From the NCBI GenBank assembly GCA_022709865.1, contig JAKLIA010000001.1:37593-101592 (forward strand): a DNA stretch of 64,000 bases, given 5' to 3'. Below are positions 8,790 through 18,171 of the stretch, piece after piece (position 1 is the stretch's first letter; each line of letters starts with the position of its first letter). Both the position numbers and the translations under genes were made by a program. This stretch comes from Patescibacteria group bacterium (GTDB lineage Bacteria; Patescibacteriota; Minisyncoccia; Portnoybacterales; GWB1-42-6). The notes under the pieces are model-generated. The model did not search any database. It was not told where the DNA came from and saw nothing but the letters and a program-made list of their open reading frames with translations.

Positions 8790-10487
8790 TTATCTTTGCC
8801 CCACCACATCGTCTAATTCTTCAAAGGTGGTCTTTTTTTCTAAGATCTTTATCACGCCGTCTTGGTACATAGAAACGAAACCGGTTTTTTTCAGCATTTC
8901 CACAATTTCCGCGTGCGAGGGGGATTTAGCAATTAATTTTTCCAGTTCTTCATTAATGGGGATTATTTCAAACACGCCCACGCGGCCCTTATAGCCGGTG
9001 TTGTTGCACTTAGGGCAGCCTTTGCCTTTGGCTAATTTTATGCCTTTGGAATAATCCGGGATGGCCACGGTTGCGGGAACTCCTTCCAAAGCTTTTTTAA
9101 TTTTTTCCAATTCTTCCGGCGTGGCATCGTAATCTTCGGCGCAGAACTTACAAACGCGGCGCAACAAGCGCTGGGCCAGAATATCGATTAGGGCGGAAGA
9201 AAGAGTGGTGGGATTGGCGCCCATATCAATGAAGCGGGGAATAGCGCCGGCCGCGTCGTTGGTGTGCAGGGTGGAAAAAACTATATGGCCGGTCAATGCC
9301 GATTGGATAGCAATTTCGGCGGTTTCTTTATCGCGGATTTCGCCAACTAAAATAACATCCGGGTCTTGGCGCAAAATAGCGCGGAGCCCCGCCGCGAAGG
9401 TGTAGCCGCGATCGGCTTCAACTTGGGTTTGGGTTACCCCGGCCAGGTGGTATTCAACCGGGTCTTCCAGGGTGATGACTTTAATTTCTGGATTCGTCAC
9501 TTCTTTCAAAAACGCGTAAAGAGCGGTGGTTTTACCAGAACCCGTGGGGCCGGTGGTAATGATCATGCCGTTGGGTTTGGCAATTTCTTTGATTAAATAT
9601 TCATAGGCGTCGTTTCTAATGCCCAGGTCTTTGATGCTCAGATTGATGCTTTTAGGATTTAATAAGCGCATCACCACGTTTTCGCCGTTGGGCCCGGGAA
9701 TAATGGAAACACGGACTTCAATTTCCATATCGCTTAATTTAATGGTGAAGCGGCCGTCTTGCGCCACATCTTTAACATTCAAGACCATATTGGACATTAG
9801 TTTTAAGCGGGAGATGATTAAGCCGTAGGTTTTGGTAGACAAAAAAACTACATCATGCAAAACGCCGTCGATGCGAAAACGAAAAACCGCGCCATCTTCT
9901 TTGGTTTCCAGGTGTATATCGGAAGCATCATTTTGCATGGCGCCGGCCACAATGACTTCCAAAACCCCGGTAGCGACGGCTTGAGGCATGCCGTCAACTT
10001 TCTTTTTTATATCCTCCAGCGACTTCAGCTCTTCTTTGAGCTTGAGCAATAATTCTTCGGATATTTCTATCTGCCCGGTGATATCCCGGCCTTTGTATTT
10101 GGTCGTTTTATAGCGCTCAAGGATTTGCTGTAAGCCGTGGTTTGAGGCGATGAATAATTGATGGGTATATTTTTTATCCAGCTCGTCCAACACCCTTTTG
10201 GTTTCCGGGTTATTTGGATCGGCCACAGCGATCTTTAATTCATTTTCAACTTTTCTAATAACCACCATTTTCCCGGCAACTGCGTCTTTTTCCGAAATCA
10301 AGAGCATGGCATCAGAATCCACCGGCATAGTAGTTAGGCTGACATACGGGAGTTTGGATTTTTCGGCTAAAAGCTTGGCCCGGGTTTCTTCTTGTTGGCG
10401 GACCACCTCGGTTAGTTTTTCTTCCAGCCTTTCTTCTAGTTTCTCTTCCTGGGTTTTGGTAACTTTTTTCGGGAGAGGTTTTGGCAT
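8790..10487 (-). CDS. pilB: Type IV pilus / type II secretion assembly ATPase (PilB/GspE family)
   Basis: Walker A TGPTGSGKTTALYAF, the VGEIRD box, a C-terminal tetracysteine CPKC...C, and an N-terminal GSPII-like domain. Confidence 0.85.
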   Translation of the reverse strand: MPKPLPKKVTKTQEEKLEERLEEKLTEVVRQQEETRAKLLAEKSKLPYVSLTTMPVDSDAMLLISEKDAVAGKMVVIRKVENELKIAVADPNNPETKRVLDELDKKYTHQLFIASNHGLQQILERYKTTKYKGRDITGQIEISEELLLKLKEELKSLEDIKKKVDGMPQAVATGVLEVIVAGAMQNDASDIHLETKEDGAVFRFRIDGVLHDVVFLSTKTYGLIISRLKLMSNMVLNVKDVAQDGRFTIKLSDMEIEVRVSIIPGPNGENVVMRLLNPKSINLSIKDLGIRNDAYEYLIKEIAKPNGMIITTGPTGSGKTTALYAFLKEVTNPEIKVITLEDPVEYHLAGVTQTQVEADRGYTFAAGLRAILRQDPDVILVGEIRDKETAEIAIQSALTGHIVFSTLHTNDAAGAIPRFIDMGANPTTLSSALIDILAQRLLRRVCKFCAEDYDATPEELEKIKKALEGVPATVAIPDYSKGIKLAKGKGCPKCNNTGYKGRVGVFEIIPINEELEKLIAKSPSHAEIVEMLKKTGFVSMYQDGVIKILEKKTTFEELDDVVGQR

Positions 10488-10553
10488 AATTTATTTTTCC
10501 CGCTTTGCAAAAAAGAGGGAATAAAACAAAGGATTTAATATCCTTATTTTACG

Positions 10554-11675
10554 CTAGGCAAGAGAGTTTAGCAATATAGCTAATTTATCCTTGGCGCCAG
10601 ATAAAGAAGCTTGGTCGCTTTTGATCATCAGGCGATTATTTTTGATCGAGCCGCCCATTTCCATGGCGATTTTTTGCAGCCGTTCGGCATTTTTGCTTTG
10701 GGCTAGAGCCCAAACGCCGTCATTGTTTTGCCAAAAAACCACCGAGAGATTGATCATAGGGAAGAGGTCGTATAACTCGTCTAAAACAAAAGGCAGATCA
10801 TCCGGAGTTGTATTGGTGGCGGCAAAGTCTTCTTTTTGGGAAAAAAGCCAGGCGATCTTTTGCTGTTCGTTAAACTCTAATCTTCCCAGCAGCCGGCCCC
10901 AAAGCTTTAAGCAGTTCAGTGGTTTGGTTTTGTAAAGATATTTTATGATGGTTTCTTGGTCCGCGCCTTTAATTATCAAAGCTGAGGCCAGGTTTAGCGC
11001 CTGAGGCGTAGCTTTGGCATTTTGCCAGCAATTGGTTTTAACGATTAATCCGGTGAACAGGGAGGTGGCGATAGCAGCATCGATCAACAGATCTTGGCCG
11101 AGCTTTTCAATTAAGCCGGCCACGATTTCCGCGCAAGCCGCGGCGGTTGGCTCCACCAAATTAACTTCGCCAAAATATTCATTCCCGGCTTTGTGGTCGA
11201 TATTTAAAATGGATTTGTTAAAAAAAAGTTCGCTATGGCTGATAAATATTTGCCCTAGCGATTCTAAGTCCGGCGCGTCCAGCGTGATGATGAGGTCGTA
11301 ATAAAAAGGGCCGCTTTCCAGCTTGATATCTTGCTGCTGGATCTTTTGCGGCGTGGCCAAAAATATTTTTAGGACATTAGAGGCTGTTTCATAGCGCAAG
11401 CGCGATATTTTATTCTGGCTGGTATCGATGGAGATGATAAAATCGCGCAAAGCAGAAAGGTCTTTTTTAATGCTATCGGCGCCAATTAAAAATTTTAATT
11501 TTTCCGGCAGGTTGTCGGCGCAAGCGATCTCCGCTTTTTTATTTAATTTTTTTAGCGCTCCTTGCAGCGCTAAGGCCGAGCCTAAAGAGTCGCCATTTAA
11601 AGATTCTGGCAGGGCGATTAAAATGTTGTGGCTTTTTTGGATGAGATCTAGGGCTTGTTGTTGGGGAGTGAGCAT
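10554..11675 (-). CDS. DHH/DHHA1 family phosphoesterase (NrnA-like oligoribonuclease / pAp phosphatase)
   Basis: LNGDSLGSALAL and NIDHKAGNEYFG motifs. Size and architecture match the DHH-DHHA1 family. Confidence 0.6.
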   Translation of the reverse strand: MLTPQQQALDLIQKSHNILIALPESLNGDSLGSALALQGALKKLNKKAEIACADNLPEKLKFLIGADSIKKDLSALRDFIISIDTSQNKISRLRYETASNVLKIFLATPQKIQQQDIKLESGPFYYDLIITLDAPDLESLGQIFISHSELFFNKSILNIDHKAGNEYFGEVNLVEPTAAACAEIVAGLIEKLGQDLLIDAAIATSLFTGLIVKTNCWQNAKATPQALNLASALIIKGADQETIIKYLYKTKPLNCLKLWGRLLGRLEFNEQQKIAWLFSQKEDFAATNTTPDDLPFVLDELYDLFPMINLSVVFWQNNDGVWALAQSKNAERLQKIAMEMGGSIKNNRLMIKSDQASLSGAKDKLAILLNSLA

Positions 11676-11730
11676 AATTTTATCAAGACGTTATGTTAAT
11701 GTATCGTAATAAGAAAAACGGGTCAAGGTA

Positions 11731-11758
11731 TTGACAAAACGCGTAGATTTGGTATAAT
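11731..11758 (+). promoter_or_regulatory. Near-consensus sigma70-type promoter (TTGACA, 16 nt spacer, TATAAT) driving the lipoprotein gene
   Basis: ttgacaaaacgcgtagatttggtataat, followed by a strong RBS aaaaggaggg immediately before the ATG at 11847. Confidence 0.55.
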
Positions 11759-11846
11759 ATAAGAATCTAAGAAATGGCCTATCAAAGGCAAAAAACGATA
11801 GTAAATTAAAAAAACAATAGACATATAAACAAGCCAAAAGGAGGGA

Positions 11847-12452
11847 ATGGCAATGAAAGAAAATAAGGGTTATTGGATATTATTGGTTATTTTATTGGCT
11901 TGGCTCGTAGTTGGCTGCGCCGCGTCCCATACTCGCTTCGTGGAAGTAAAAAGAAGCGCGATAGCGGATAATCCGCAAGTCAAAGCTAAGGCGCCGTATA
12001 TTTTTTCCAACCGATACAGCGCCACGAATGCCGATGTGCGGATCTATGAAGGATATCTTCAAAAGACCACAATGATGGGTAATGTGAATGGCCGGTCGGT
12101 TATCTATGATGACTATGTCGATAAGTTCAATGTCGGAAACGCTTTTGGGCCCAACGATGCGACAGTCGTGCATCGTTCTCTGGATCCCAGCAAACGCTAC
12201 ACTGCGCTGGTCGTTGTTAATTGGGGAGGTTTTGGTAAGATTTATGATATTTATTATCTTCACCTCAGGCCAACCAAAGACACAACCAGAACAGTCTGGA
12301 CCGACTCGCGTGGTTGGGGTTCCTCCTATGTCAATGACTATGTGGAGGTCTCTGGCACCGACACCCCGGCCTATAATAACAAGCTGGATCTGACTTGGAC
12401 GGTCTATCCAAATGAGGTCGTCCGCCGAGCCCTTGTTGGAAGGGTTCGATAG
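11847..12452 (+). CDS. Secreted lipoprotein of unknown function
   Basis: Signal peptide with lipobox LVVGCAAS. It has its own strong promoter and terminator. Confidence 0.6.
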   Translation: MAMKENKGYWILLVILLAWLVVGCAASHTRFVEVKRSAIADNPQVKAKAPYIFSNRYSATNADVRIYEGYLQKTTMMGNVNGRSVIYDDYVDKFNVGNAFGPNDATVVHRSLDPSKRYTALVVVNWGGFGKIYDIYYLHLRPTKDTTRTVWTDSRGWGSSYVNDYVEVSGTDTPAYNNKLDLTWTVYPNEVVRRALVGRVR

Positions 12453-12459
12453 CCACTTA

Positions 12460-12496
12460 GCCGATTAGAATAAAAAGTTCTAGTCGGCTTTTTTTT
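12460..12496 (+). terminator. Rho-independent terminator
   Basis: Stem gccgattagaa / ttctagtcggc with loop taaaaag, followed by an 8-T run. Confidence 0.7.
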
Positions 12497-12499
12497 ATT

Positions 12500-12520
12500 C
12501 CGTCAGTCGCGACTGACGGG
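12500..12520. repeat. Perfect palindrome CCGTCAGTCGCGACTGACGG(G), copy 1 of 2
   Basis: The exact 21 bp sequence is repeated at 51448-51469. Both copies lie next to intrinsic terminators. Confidence 0.6.
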
Positions 12521-12583
12521 GTCTATTTGTAAAAATCAGCCCTGTGGTTTATTTTAAAGTGAGGTATAATAGGTATATCCGAT

Positions 12584-13024
12584 ATGGAAATAATTACCAA
12601 AAAAGTTGAAGAAACCAAGCGGGCGGCGGCGGAACTGATTAAAAAAATAGACCAAATGGCGCACCAAGGCGCGCTGGTTTTGGCGCTGGAAGGGGAATTG
12701 GGCGCGGGCAAAACCGCTTTTACGCAAGGCCTGGCCAAGGCGCTGGGCATTGAAGAAAAAGTGTTAAGCCCGACTTTTGTGATAATGAAGCATTTTAATA
12801 TTCCCTCAGCCAAGACTTTTAATAATTTATATCATCTGGACTGTTATCGCTTAAGCGGTGAGACGGATCTGGGAGAAATTGGTTTTAAGGAAATATTAAA
12901 AGGGCAGGCTAATTTAGTGGTGATCGAGTGGGCTGAACGCGTTAAAAAGATCTTGCCCAAAGATGCGGTTTGGATAAAGTTTGAGCATGCCGGAGAAGAT
13001 AACAGAAGAATAACAATTATTTAA
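12584..13024 (+). CDS. tsaE: tRNA threonylcarbamoyladenosine biosynthesis protein TsaE
   Basis: GELGAGKTAF P-loop, SPTF, and the YHLDCYRL motif. Confidence 0.85.
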   Translation: MEIITKKVEETKRAAAELIKKIDQMAHQGALVLALEGELGAGKTAFTQGLAKALGIEEKVLSPTFVIMKHFNIPSAKTFNNLYHLDCYRLSGETDLGEIGFKEILKGQANLVVIEWAERVKKILPKDAVWIKFEHAGEDNRRITII

Positions 13025-15276
13025 TGCCCCAAAAAATAGAACTAAAAACTTTAGTGCTTATTGATGGGCACGCGCTAGTGCATCGCGCCTTCCATGCCTT
13101 GCCGCCGCTCTCAACAGGCTCGGGAGAATTGGTGAACGCGGTTTTTGGTTTCTCTTCCATTTTGCTAAAAATGTTAAAGGATTTGGCGCCCGATTATATT
13201 GCGGCGACTTTTGATTTGGCGGCGCCGACCTTTCGGCATAAAGAGTTTGATGAATATAAAGCCACGCGAGTTAAAGCTCCCGATGAGCTCTACGCGCAGA
13301 TCGGACGCGTGAAGGATGTTCTGGCAGCTTTTAATATTCCGGTTTTTGAAAAAGAGGGTTTTGAAGCGGATGATATTATTGGCACTCTAGCCAAGCAGGC
13401 AAAAAAAAGCAAAGTGAAAACTATAATTGTGACGGGAGATCTGGACACCTTGCAATTAGTTGATAAAAATACCAGTGTTTACACTTTGAAAAAAGGCGTG
13501 AAAGAAACAATGACTTATGATGAAGCGGCGGTGCGAGAACGTTTTGGGGGATTGGAACCGGAGCAGATGACCGATTACAAGGGGTTAAAAGGAGATCCTT
13601 CGGATAATATTCCTGGTGTGCCGGGCATTGGCGAAAAAACAACTATAGAATTATTAAGGGAGCATAAGACCTTGGAAGGAGTTTATCAGGCGGCGGAGAG
13701 GGGAAAAATAAAAAATGCCAAGCTTGCCCAAAAGTTAATTGATAATAAAGAGCAGGCGGTTTTTAGCAAATATTTAGCTACGATAAAACAAGATGCGCCG
13801 ATAAAGTTTAAATTAGCCGATGCGTTAACGCGCGATTTTGATAAAGAGAAAGTTATAAAAATATTTAAAGATCTGGGCTTTTATTCTTTGGTTAACCGTT
13901 TGCCTGAGTTTGATAAAAACGGGCAAATAAAAAAAATACCAGCACCGGCTAGCGCCGCAAAAACTGCCGCCGCGGAATTGCCTTTAAGCCATAAGCCCAG
14001 CGTTGAAGAAAAAATAGAACAGGCGCGAGAACAAGGATTGTTATCGGACGATATTTACAAGTTGGAAAAAGCTCTGGCGCCGGTTATTTCCAGCATGGAA
14101 AAGAATGGGATTAAATTGGACTTGGCTTATTTAAAAAAATTAAGCAAGCAGGTTGGCGACGAATTAACAACGCTGGAAAAACAGATCATTAAATTGGCGG
14201 GTGTTGATTTCAATGTTAATTCGCCCCAACAACTTTCCCAGATATTATTTGAAAAGCTTAATTTGCAGGTTAAGGGGCTGAAAAAAACTCCGGGCAAAGT
14301 GATTTCCACGGCAGCAGCGGAGCTTGAAAAACTAAAAGGCCAGCACGAGATCATCGATCTAGTTTTGCGCCAGCGGGAATTGGCTAAATTAAAAAATACT
14401 TATATTGACGCCTTGCCTTTATTGATCGGCCCGGACGGCCGTTTGCGCACAAGCTACGATTCTCTGGGAACCACTACGGGGCGCCTGTCTTCCAAAAGCC
14501 CTAATTTGCAAAATATTCCTATTCGCACGGCTTTGGGCAATGAGATCCGCAAGGCTTTTGTGGCCGAAAAGGGCTATAAATTATTATCGGCCGATTATTC
14601 GCAAATTGAATTGCGGGTGGTGGCGCATTTGGCTGGCGACAAAGAAATGATAAAGATATTTAAAGAAGGAAAAGATATCCATAATGCCACGGCGGCGGAG
14701 ATCTTGGATATTAAGGAAAGCGAAGTTGGTAAAGACGCTAGGCGCATGGCTAAAGTGCTAAACTTTGGCGTGATCTATGGCATGAGTTTGCATGGGTTTG
14801 CCGGAGCCGCTGGGGTGGAACTAGCGCGCGCCAAAGAGTTTATTAAAAAATACTTTGAGGAGTTTTCTGGTGTGGCCAAGTTTATTGAAAAAACAAAACA
14901 GATAGCCTCTCGCGAAGGCTGCGTGCAAACGCTTTTTGGCCGCCGGCGCTTTATTCCGGAAATTAATTCTTCGGCTTGGAACCTGAAACAGGCGGCCGAA
15001 CGCATGGCGATAAATATGCCGGTACAGGGCACGGCAGCGGACTTGCTAAAGATGGCGATAGTAGCGATTGCGAAAGATAAATGGTTAGTTGATAATACTA
15101 AAATGTTGTTGCAGGTTCATGATGAATTAGTTTTTGAGGTGGCGAATGATAAAATAAAAGAAGCGGCAACCAAAATAAAAGATATTATGGAAAATATTCA
15201 TCAATTAGTTGTGCCGTTGAAAGTCGATATTGAAATAGGGGAAAATTGGGGAGAACTAGCCGACCTAACTTTTTAA
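13024..15276 (+). CDS. polA: DNA polymerase I with the 5'-3' nuclease domain, lacking the 3'-5' proofreading domain
   Basis: N-terminal FEN-like domain (LIDGHALVHRAFHAL, GVPGIGEKT). A short linker then leads directly into the polymerase domain (DYSQIELRVVAHL, QVHDELVFE). At 750 aa there is no room for a 3'-5' exonuclease domain. Confidence 0.85.
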   Translation: MPQKIELKTLVLIDGHALVHRAFHALPPLSTGSGELVNAVFGFSSILLKMLKDLAPDYIAATFDLAAPTFRHKEFDEYKATRVKAPDELYAQIGRVKDVLAAFNIPVFEKEGFEADDIIGTLAKQAKKSKVKTIIVTGDLDTLQLVDKNTSVYTLKKGVKETMTYDEAAVRERFGGLEPEQMTDYKGLKGDPSDNIPGVPGIGEKTTIELLREHKTLEGVYQAAERGKIKNAKLAQKLIDNKEQAVFSKYLATIKQDAPIKFKLADALTRDFDKEKVIKIFKDLGFYSLVNRLPEFDKNGQIKKIPAPASAAKTAAAELPLSHKPSVEEKIEQAREQGLLSDDIYKLEKALAPVISSMEKNGIKLDLAYLKKLSKQVGDELTTLEKQIIKLAGVDFNVNSPQQLSQILFEKLNLQVKGLKKTPGKVISTAAAELEKLKGQHEIIDLVLRQRELAKLKNTYIDALPLLIGPDGRLRTSYDSLGTTTGRLSSKSPNLQNIPIRTALGNEIRKAFVAEKGYKLLSADYSQIELRVVAHLAGDKEMIKIFKEGKDIHNATAAEILDIKESEVGKDARRMAKVLNFGVIYGMSLHGFAGAAGVELARAKEFIKKYFEEFSGVAKFIEKTKQIASREGCVQTLFGRRRFIPEINSSAWNLKQAAERMAINMPVQGTAADLLKMAIVAIAKDKWLVDNTKMLLQVHDELVFEVANDKIKEAATKIKDIMENIHQLVVPLKVDIEIGENWGELADLTF

Positions 15277-15303
15277 ATATTTAATAATTAATATTTTACA
15301 ACC

Positions 15304-16350
15304 GTGAAACGCAACATAAAAAGATTTTTGCCTTTATTTTTATTAATCGTCTTGCTTGGCCTTGGAGGGTATCTTATTAGCCAAAAAGCCGGGGGAGAGA
15401 TAACTATTGGCGGCAATTCTGGCGGGCAAAACAATAATTCATCGCCCAGCGACGAACCTGAATTAGTCAGCCCGATTAGCGGTTTGGAATGCGCTAATGC
15501 CCAGCGCCGGCCGATAGCCGTGATGCTGGCGGGCGACGCAATTGCGCGGCCTTTATCGGGGTTATCGGAAGCGGACTTGGTTTTTAATATGCCGGTGATC
15601 ACCGATAGCATCACGCGCATGATGGCTATTTATATTTGTAATTCCCCCAAGGAACTTGGTTCGGTGAGAAGCACGCGTGACGATTTTATTCCCCTAGCGC
15701 GGGGCATGGATGCGATCTTGGCGCATTGGGGCGGCTCGCACTTTGCGCTGGACCTTTTGGATAAAGGAATAATGGATAATATTGATGCGTTGAAAGATTC
15801 CGGTTCGACTTTTTTCCGAAAATCAGGCATTGCCTCGCCGCATAATGGATTCACTTCTTATAACCGCTTAACTCAGGCGGCTGAAAGTTTCGATTATCGC
15901 TTAACCAGCGATTTTAGCGGGTATTTGCATTTAGAAGGAAAATTAACCGGCACCGGAACCACTACTAAAACTTTATTGGCCGGATTTCCGGGCAGTTATC
16001 AAGTGAAATATATTTACGACCCGGAAGACAACTCATATTTTAGGTGGCGCGGCGGCACCAAAGAAATAGATAAAAATAATAACCAACAAGTTGAAGCAAA
16101 AAACGTGGTGATAATGATCGCCGAATCCCATCAAATAGAGGGGCAATATAACACGGTGGCGGTGGAAGGTTCGGGCAAGGCGCAAATATATCGCAATGGC
16201 GAAGAGATCATCGGCACATGGAAAAAAGATAAAACCAGCCAAACCAGCAAATTATATTTTTATGACAGCGCGGGCCAAGAAATTAGATTCGTGCCTGGGC
16301 AGATTTGGGTGGAGGTTGTGCAACCAAACCAAACAGTAAGTTGGCAATAG
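15304..16350 (+). CDS. DUF3048 (YerB-like) secreted/membrane-anchored protein
   Basis: GTG start and N-terminal TM segment. PIAVMLAGDAIARPLSGLSEADLVFNMPVITDSITRMMAIY resembles the DUF3048 core. Confidence 0.5.
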   Translation: MKRNIKRFLPLFLLIVLLGLGGYLISQKAGGEITIGGNSGGQNNNSSPSDEPELVSPISGLECANAQRRPIAVMLAGDAIARPLSGLSEADLVFNMPVITDSITRMMAIYICNSPKELGSVRSTRDDFIPLARGMDAILAHWGGSHFALDLLDKGIMDNIDALKDSGSTFFRKSGIASPHNGFTSYNRLTQAAESFDYRLTSDFSGYLHLEGKLTGTGTTTKTLLAGFPGSYQVKYIYDPEDNSYFRWRGGTKEIDKNNNQQVEAKNVVIMIAESHQIEGQYNTVAVEGSGKAQIYRNGEEIIGTWKKDKTSQTSKLYFYDSAGQEIRFVPGQIWVEVVQPNQTVSWQ

Positions 16351-16353
16351 ATT

Positions 16354-17349
16354 ATGGTCTTTTTTTTCTACGGCGTTGATTCTTACCGAATCCGCCAGAA
16401 AGTAAACTCGGTTATTGAGGGTTATCAAACTAAGCATAAAAGCGGGCTTAATTTTGGCCGGTTTAATTTTGAGGAAAGCGAAGCTTTGGATAAATTAAAA
16501 AACTTCTTGGACTCCTGCTCTATGTTCGCAGAAAAAAAATTAGCAGTGGCGGATAACTTATTTGCGGCTAATAAAGAAGAACAGGAAGAGTTTATAAAAT
16601 ATTTAAAAAGCAGCGACGTGCTAAAAACACAAGAAAAGTTTTTGGTGGTGGCGCAGGAGCTAGCAAAAAGCGAAGAGCGAAAAAGCAAGCAGAAATATAT
16701 TTTAAAAACCAGCGCGGACTTATTTAAGGCGCTGGATAATAAAACTGTTAAAACAGAAGAGTTTGATTCTTTAATGGGCGCCAAACTTGAGGCGTGGATA
16801 AAAAAAGAAGCGGAGAGTTTGGGCGCTAAAATAGATACCCGGGCGGTCAGTAAATTAGCTTTATTTGTTGGCGCGGATCTGTGGCAGATGAAAAACGAGA
16901 TAGGAAAATTGGCTTCTTTTGCCGGCAGCAAAACTATTAGCGAGGAAATGGTTGAGGAGCTGGTGAAGGCCAAGATAGAAAACGACATTTTCAAAACTAT
17001 CGATGCCTTGGCTAACCGCAATAAATCGGCGGCGCTGTCGCTTCTGCATCGGCATTTGGCCCAGGGCGAATCGGAGATCTATTTAATGAGCATGCTGGCT
17101 TACCAGTTCCGCAATTTATTATTGGTTAAGAGCGAGATCGAACGCGGGGCGCAATTTCAAGCGTTGCCTAAAACCATAAAATTGCACCCGTTTGTTTTGC
17201 GCAAAAGCTTTGAGCAAGGCAAGGGCTTTTCTTTGCCGGCGTTGAAAAAGATCTATGAGAGGCTACTGGAATTGGATATTGCCGCCAAAACTGGGCGCAT
17301 TGAACCGCGCGTGGCGCTGGATCTGGTAGTGGGGGAAATTACCGGATGA
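16354..17349 (+). CDS. holA: DNA polymerase III delta subunit
   Basis: N-terminus VFFFYGVDSYRIRQK and overall length and architecture. It follows polA. Confidence 0.6.
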   Translation: MVFFFYGVDSYRIRQKVNSVIEGYQTKHKSGLNFGRFNFEESEALDKLKNFLDSCSMFAEKKLAVADNLFAANKEEQEEFIKYLKSSDVLKTQEKFLVVAQELAKSEERKSKQKYILKTSADLFKALDNKTVKTEEFDSLMGAKLEAWIKKEAESLGAKIDTRAVSKLALFVGADLWQMKNEIGKLASFAGSKTISEEMVEELVKAKIENDIFKTIDALANRNKSAALSLLHRHLAQGESEIYLMSMLAYQFRNLLLVKSEIERGAQFQALPKTIKLHPFVLRKSFEQGKGFSLPALKKIYERLLELDIAAKTGRIEPRVALDLVVGEITG

Positions 17350-17422
17350 AGCTGATTTGGTCTGTGTATTGAACTATTCGAGCGAATGGTTCAATACAGC
17401 GGGTTTTTATGCAATAAAACTA

Positions 17423-17457
17423 AAACCGCCCTGAATATTATCGAGGGGCGGTTTTTT
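17423..17457. terminator. Bidirectional Rho-independent terminator between holA (+) and rpsT (-)
   Basis: aaaaccgccct...aggggcggtttttt: a GC stem flanked by an A-run upstream and a T-run downstream. Confidence 0.65.
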
Positions 17458-17481
17458 ACTGTCCGGATCTACAAAATAAAA

Positions 17482-17739
17482 CTACTTGTTCAAAGCCTTG
17501 GTTATCCGTGATTTTTTTCGGGCGGCAGTATTCTTTTTTATAATTCCGCGCTTGACCGCTTTATCAATAGCTTGATAGGCGATAGACAATAATTTTTTGG
17601 CATCGTCTTTTTTGCCCCCAACAATTAGCTTCTTGATCTTTTTCAGCGAATCTTTCATGGTCTTTTGCCGCTGCAAATTCAAAACCCGGCGCCGGGCGCC
17701 TTTCCGCAGTTCTTTTTTGGCTGATTCTTTAATTGGCAT
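17482..17739 (-). CDS. rpsT: 30S ribosomal protein S20
   Basis: 85 aa basic protein with IKESAKKELRKGARRRVLNLQ and AYQAIDKAVKRGIIKKN. Confidence 0.85.
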   Translation of the reverse strand: MPIKESAKKELRKGARRRVLNLQRQKTMKDSLKKIKKLIVGGKKDDAKKLLSIAYQAIDKAVKRGIIKKNTAARKKSRITKALNK

Positions 17740-17845
17740 AGAATACTGATTAATTAATTTAACAAAATAAACATAGCAGAAAAATCATTTTTTGGCAAGA
17801 GAAAAGCGGCCTAGTTGTTTGGGCCGCTTGATAATCTCGCGTATT

Positions 17846-18160
17846 TTAACGAGATATTATTTTTCCGGAGGAGCTTGGTTTGGTTTCGCATTTTGGGCAA
17901 AAGGGCGCCATTTCAGTCCTCACCCGGCCCGATCCTGATAAAGGAAAAGGTCCGTCGTGAATAGGATGAAGAATCTGGGCCGCTAAAACTTCTGTGCCGC
18001 AGCCGCAAAGAAAACAATCTTCTTTTTTGGTATAAATAATCCCATCTTTGCGGTCCCGGATTGTTTTGCAAACGGGGCAGCAAGATCTTTCTATCGCATA
18101 ATTTTCCCAGCTACCCGATATCTTTGTCCAGACTAAATCTTTTCCGCAGCATTTATCCAT
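17846..18160 (-). CDS. Cysteine-rich (multi-CxxC) zinc-ribbon-like protein, hypothetical
   Basis: 104 aa with CC...CCPVC...CFLCGC...CPKC clusters. Confidence 0.4.
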   Translation of the reverse strand: MDKCCGKDLVWTKISGSWENYAIERSCCPVCKTIRDRKDGIIYTKKEDCFLCGCGTEVLAAQILHPIHDGPFPLSGSGRVRTEMAPFCPKCETKPSSSGKIISR

Positions 18161-18171
18161 GGTCTACCTCC

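Noticed and set aside
16425..17021. 198 aa minus-strand ORF inside holA
   Set aside because: Antisense to holA. It is low complexity (Ser/Leu/Phe rich) with no domain signal.
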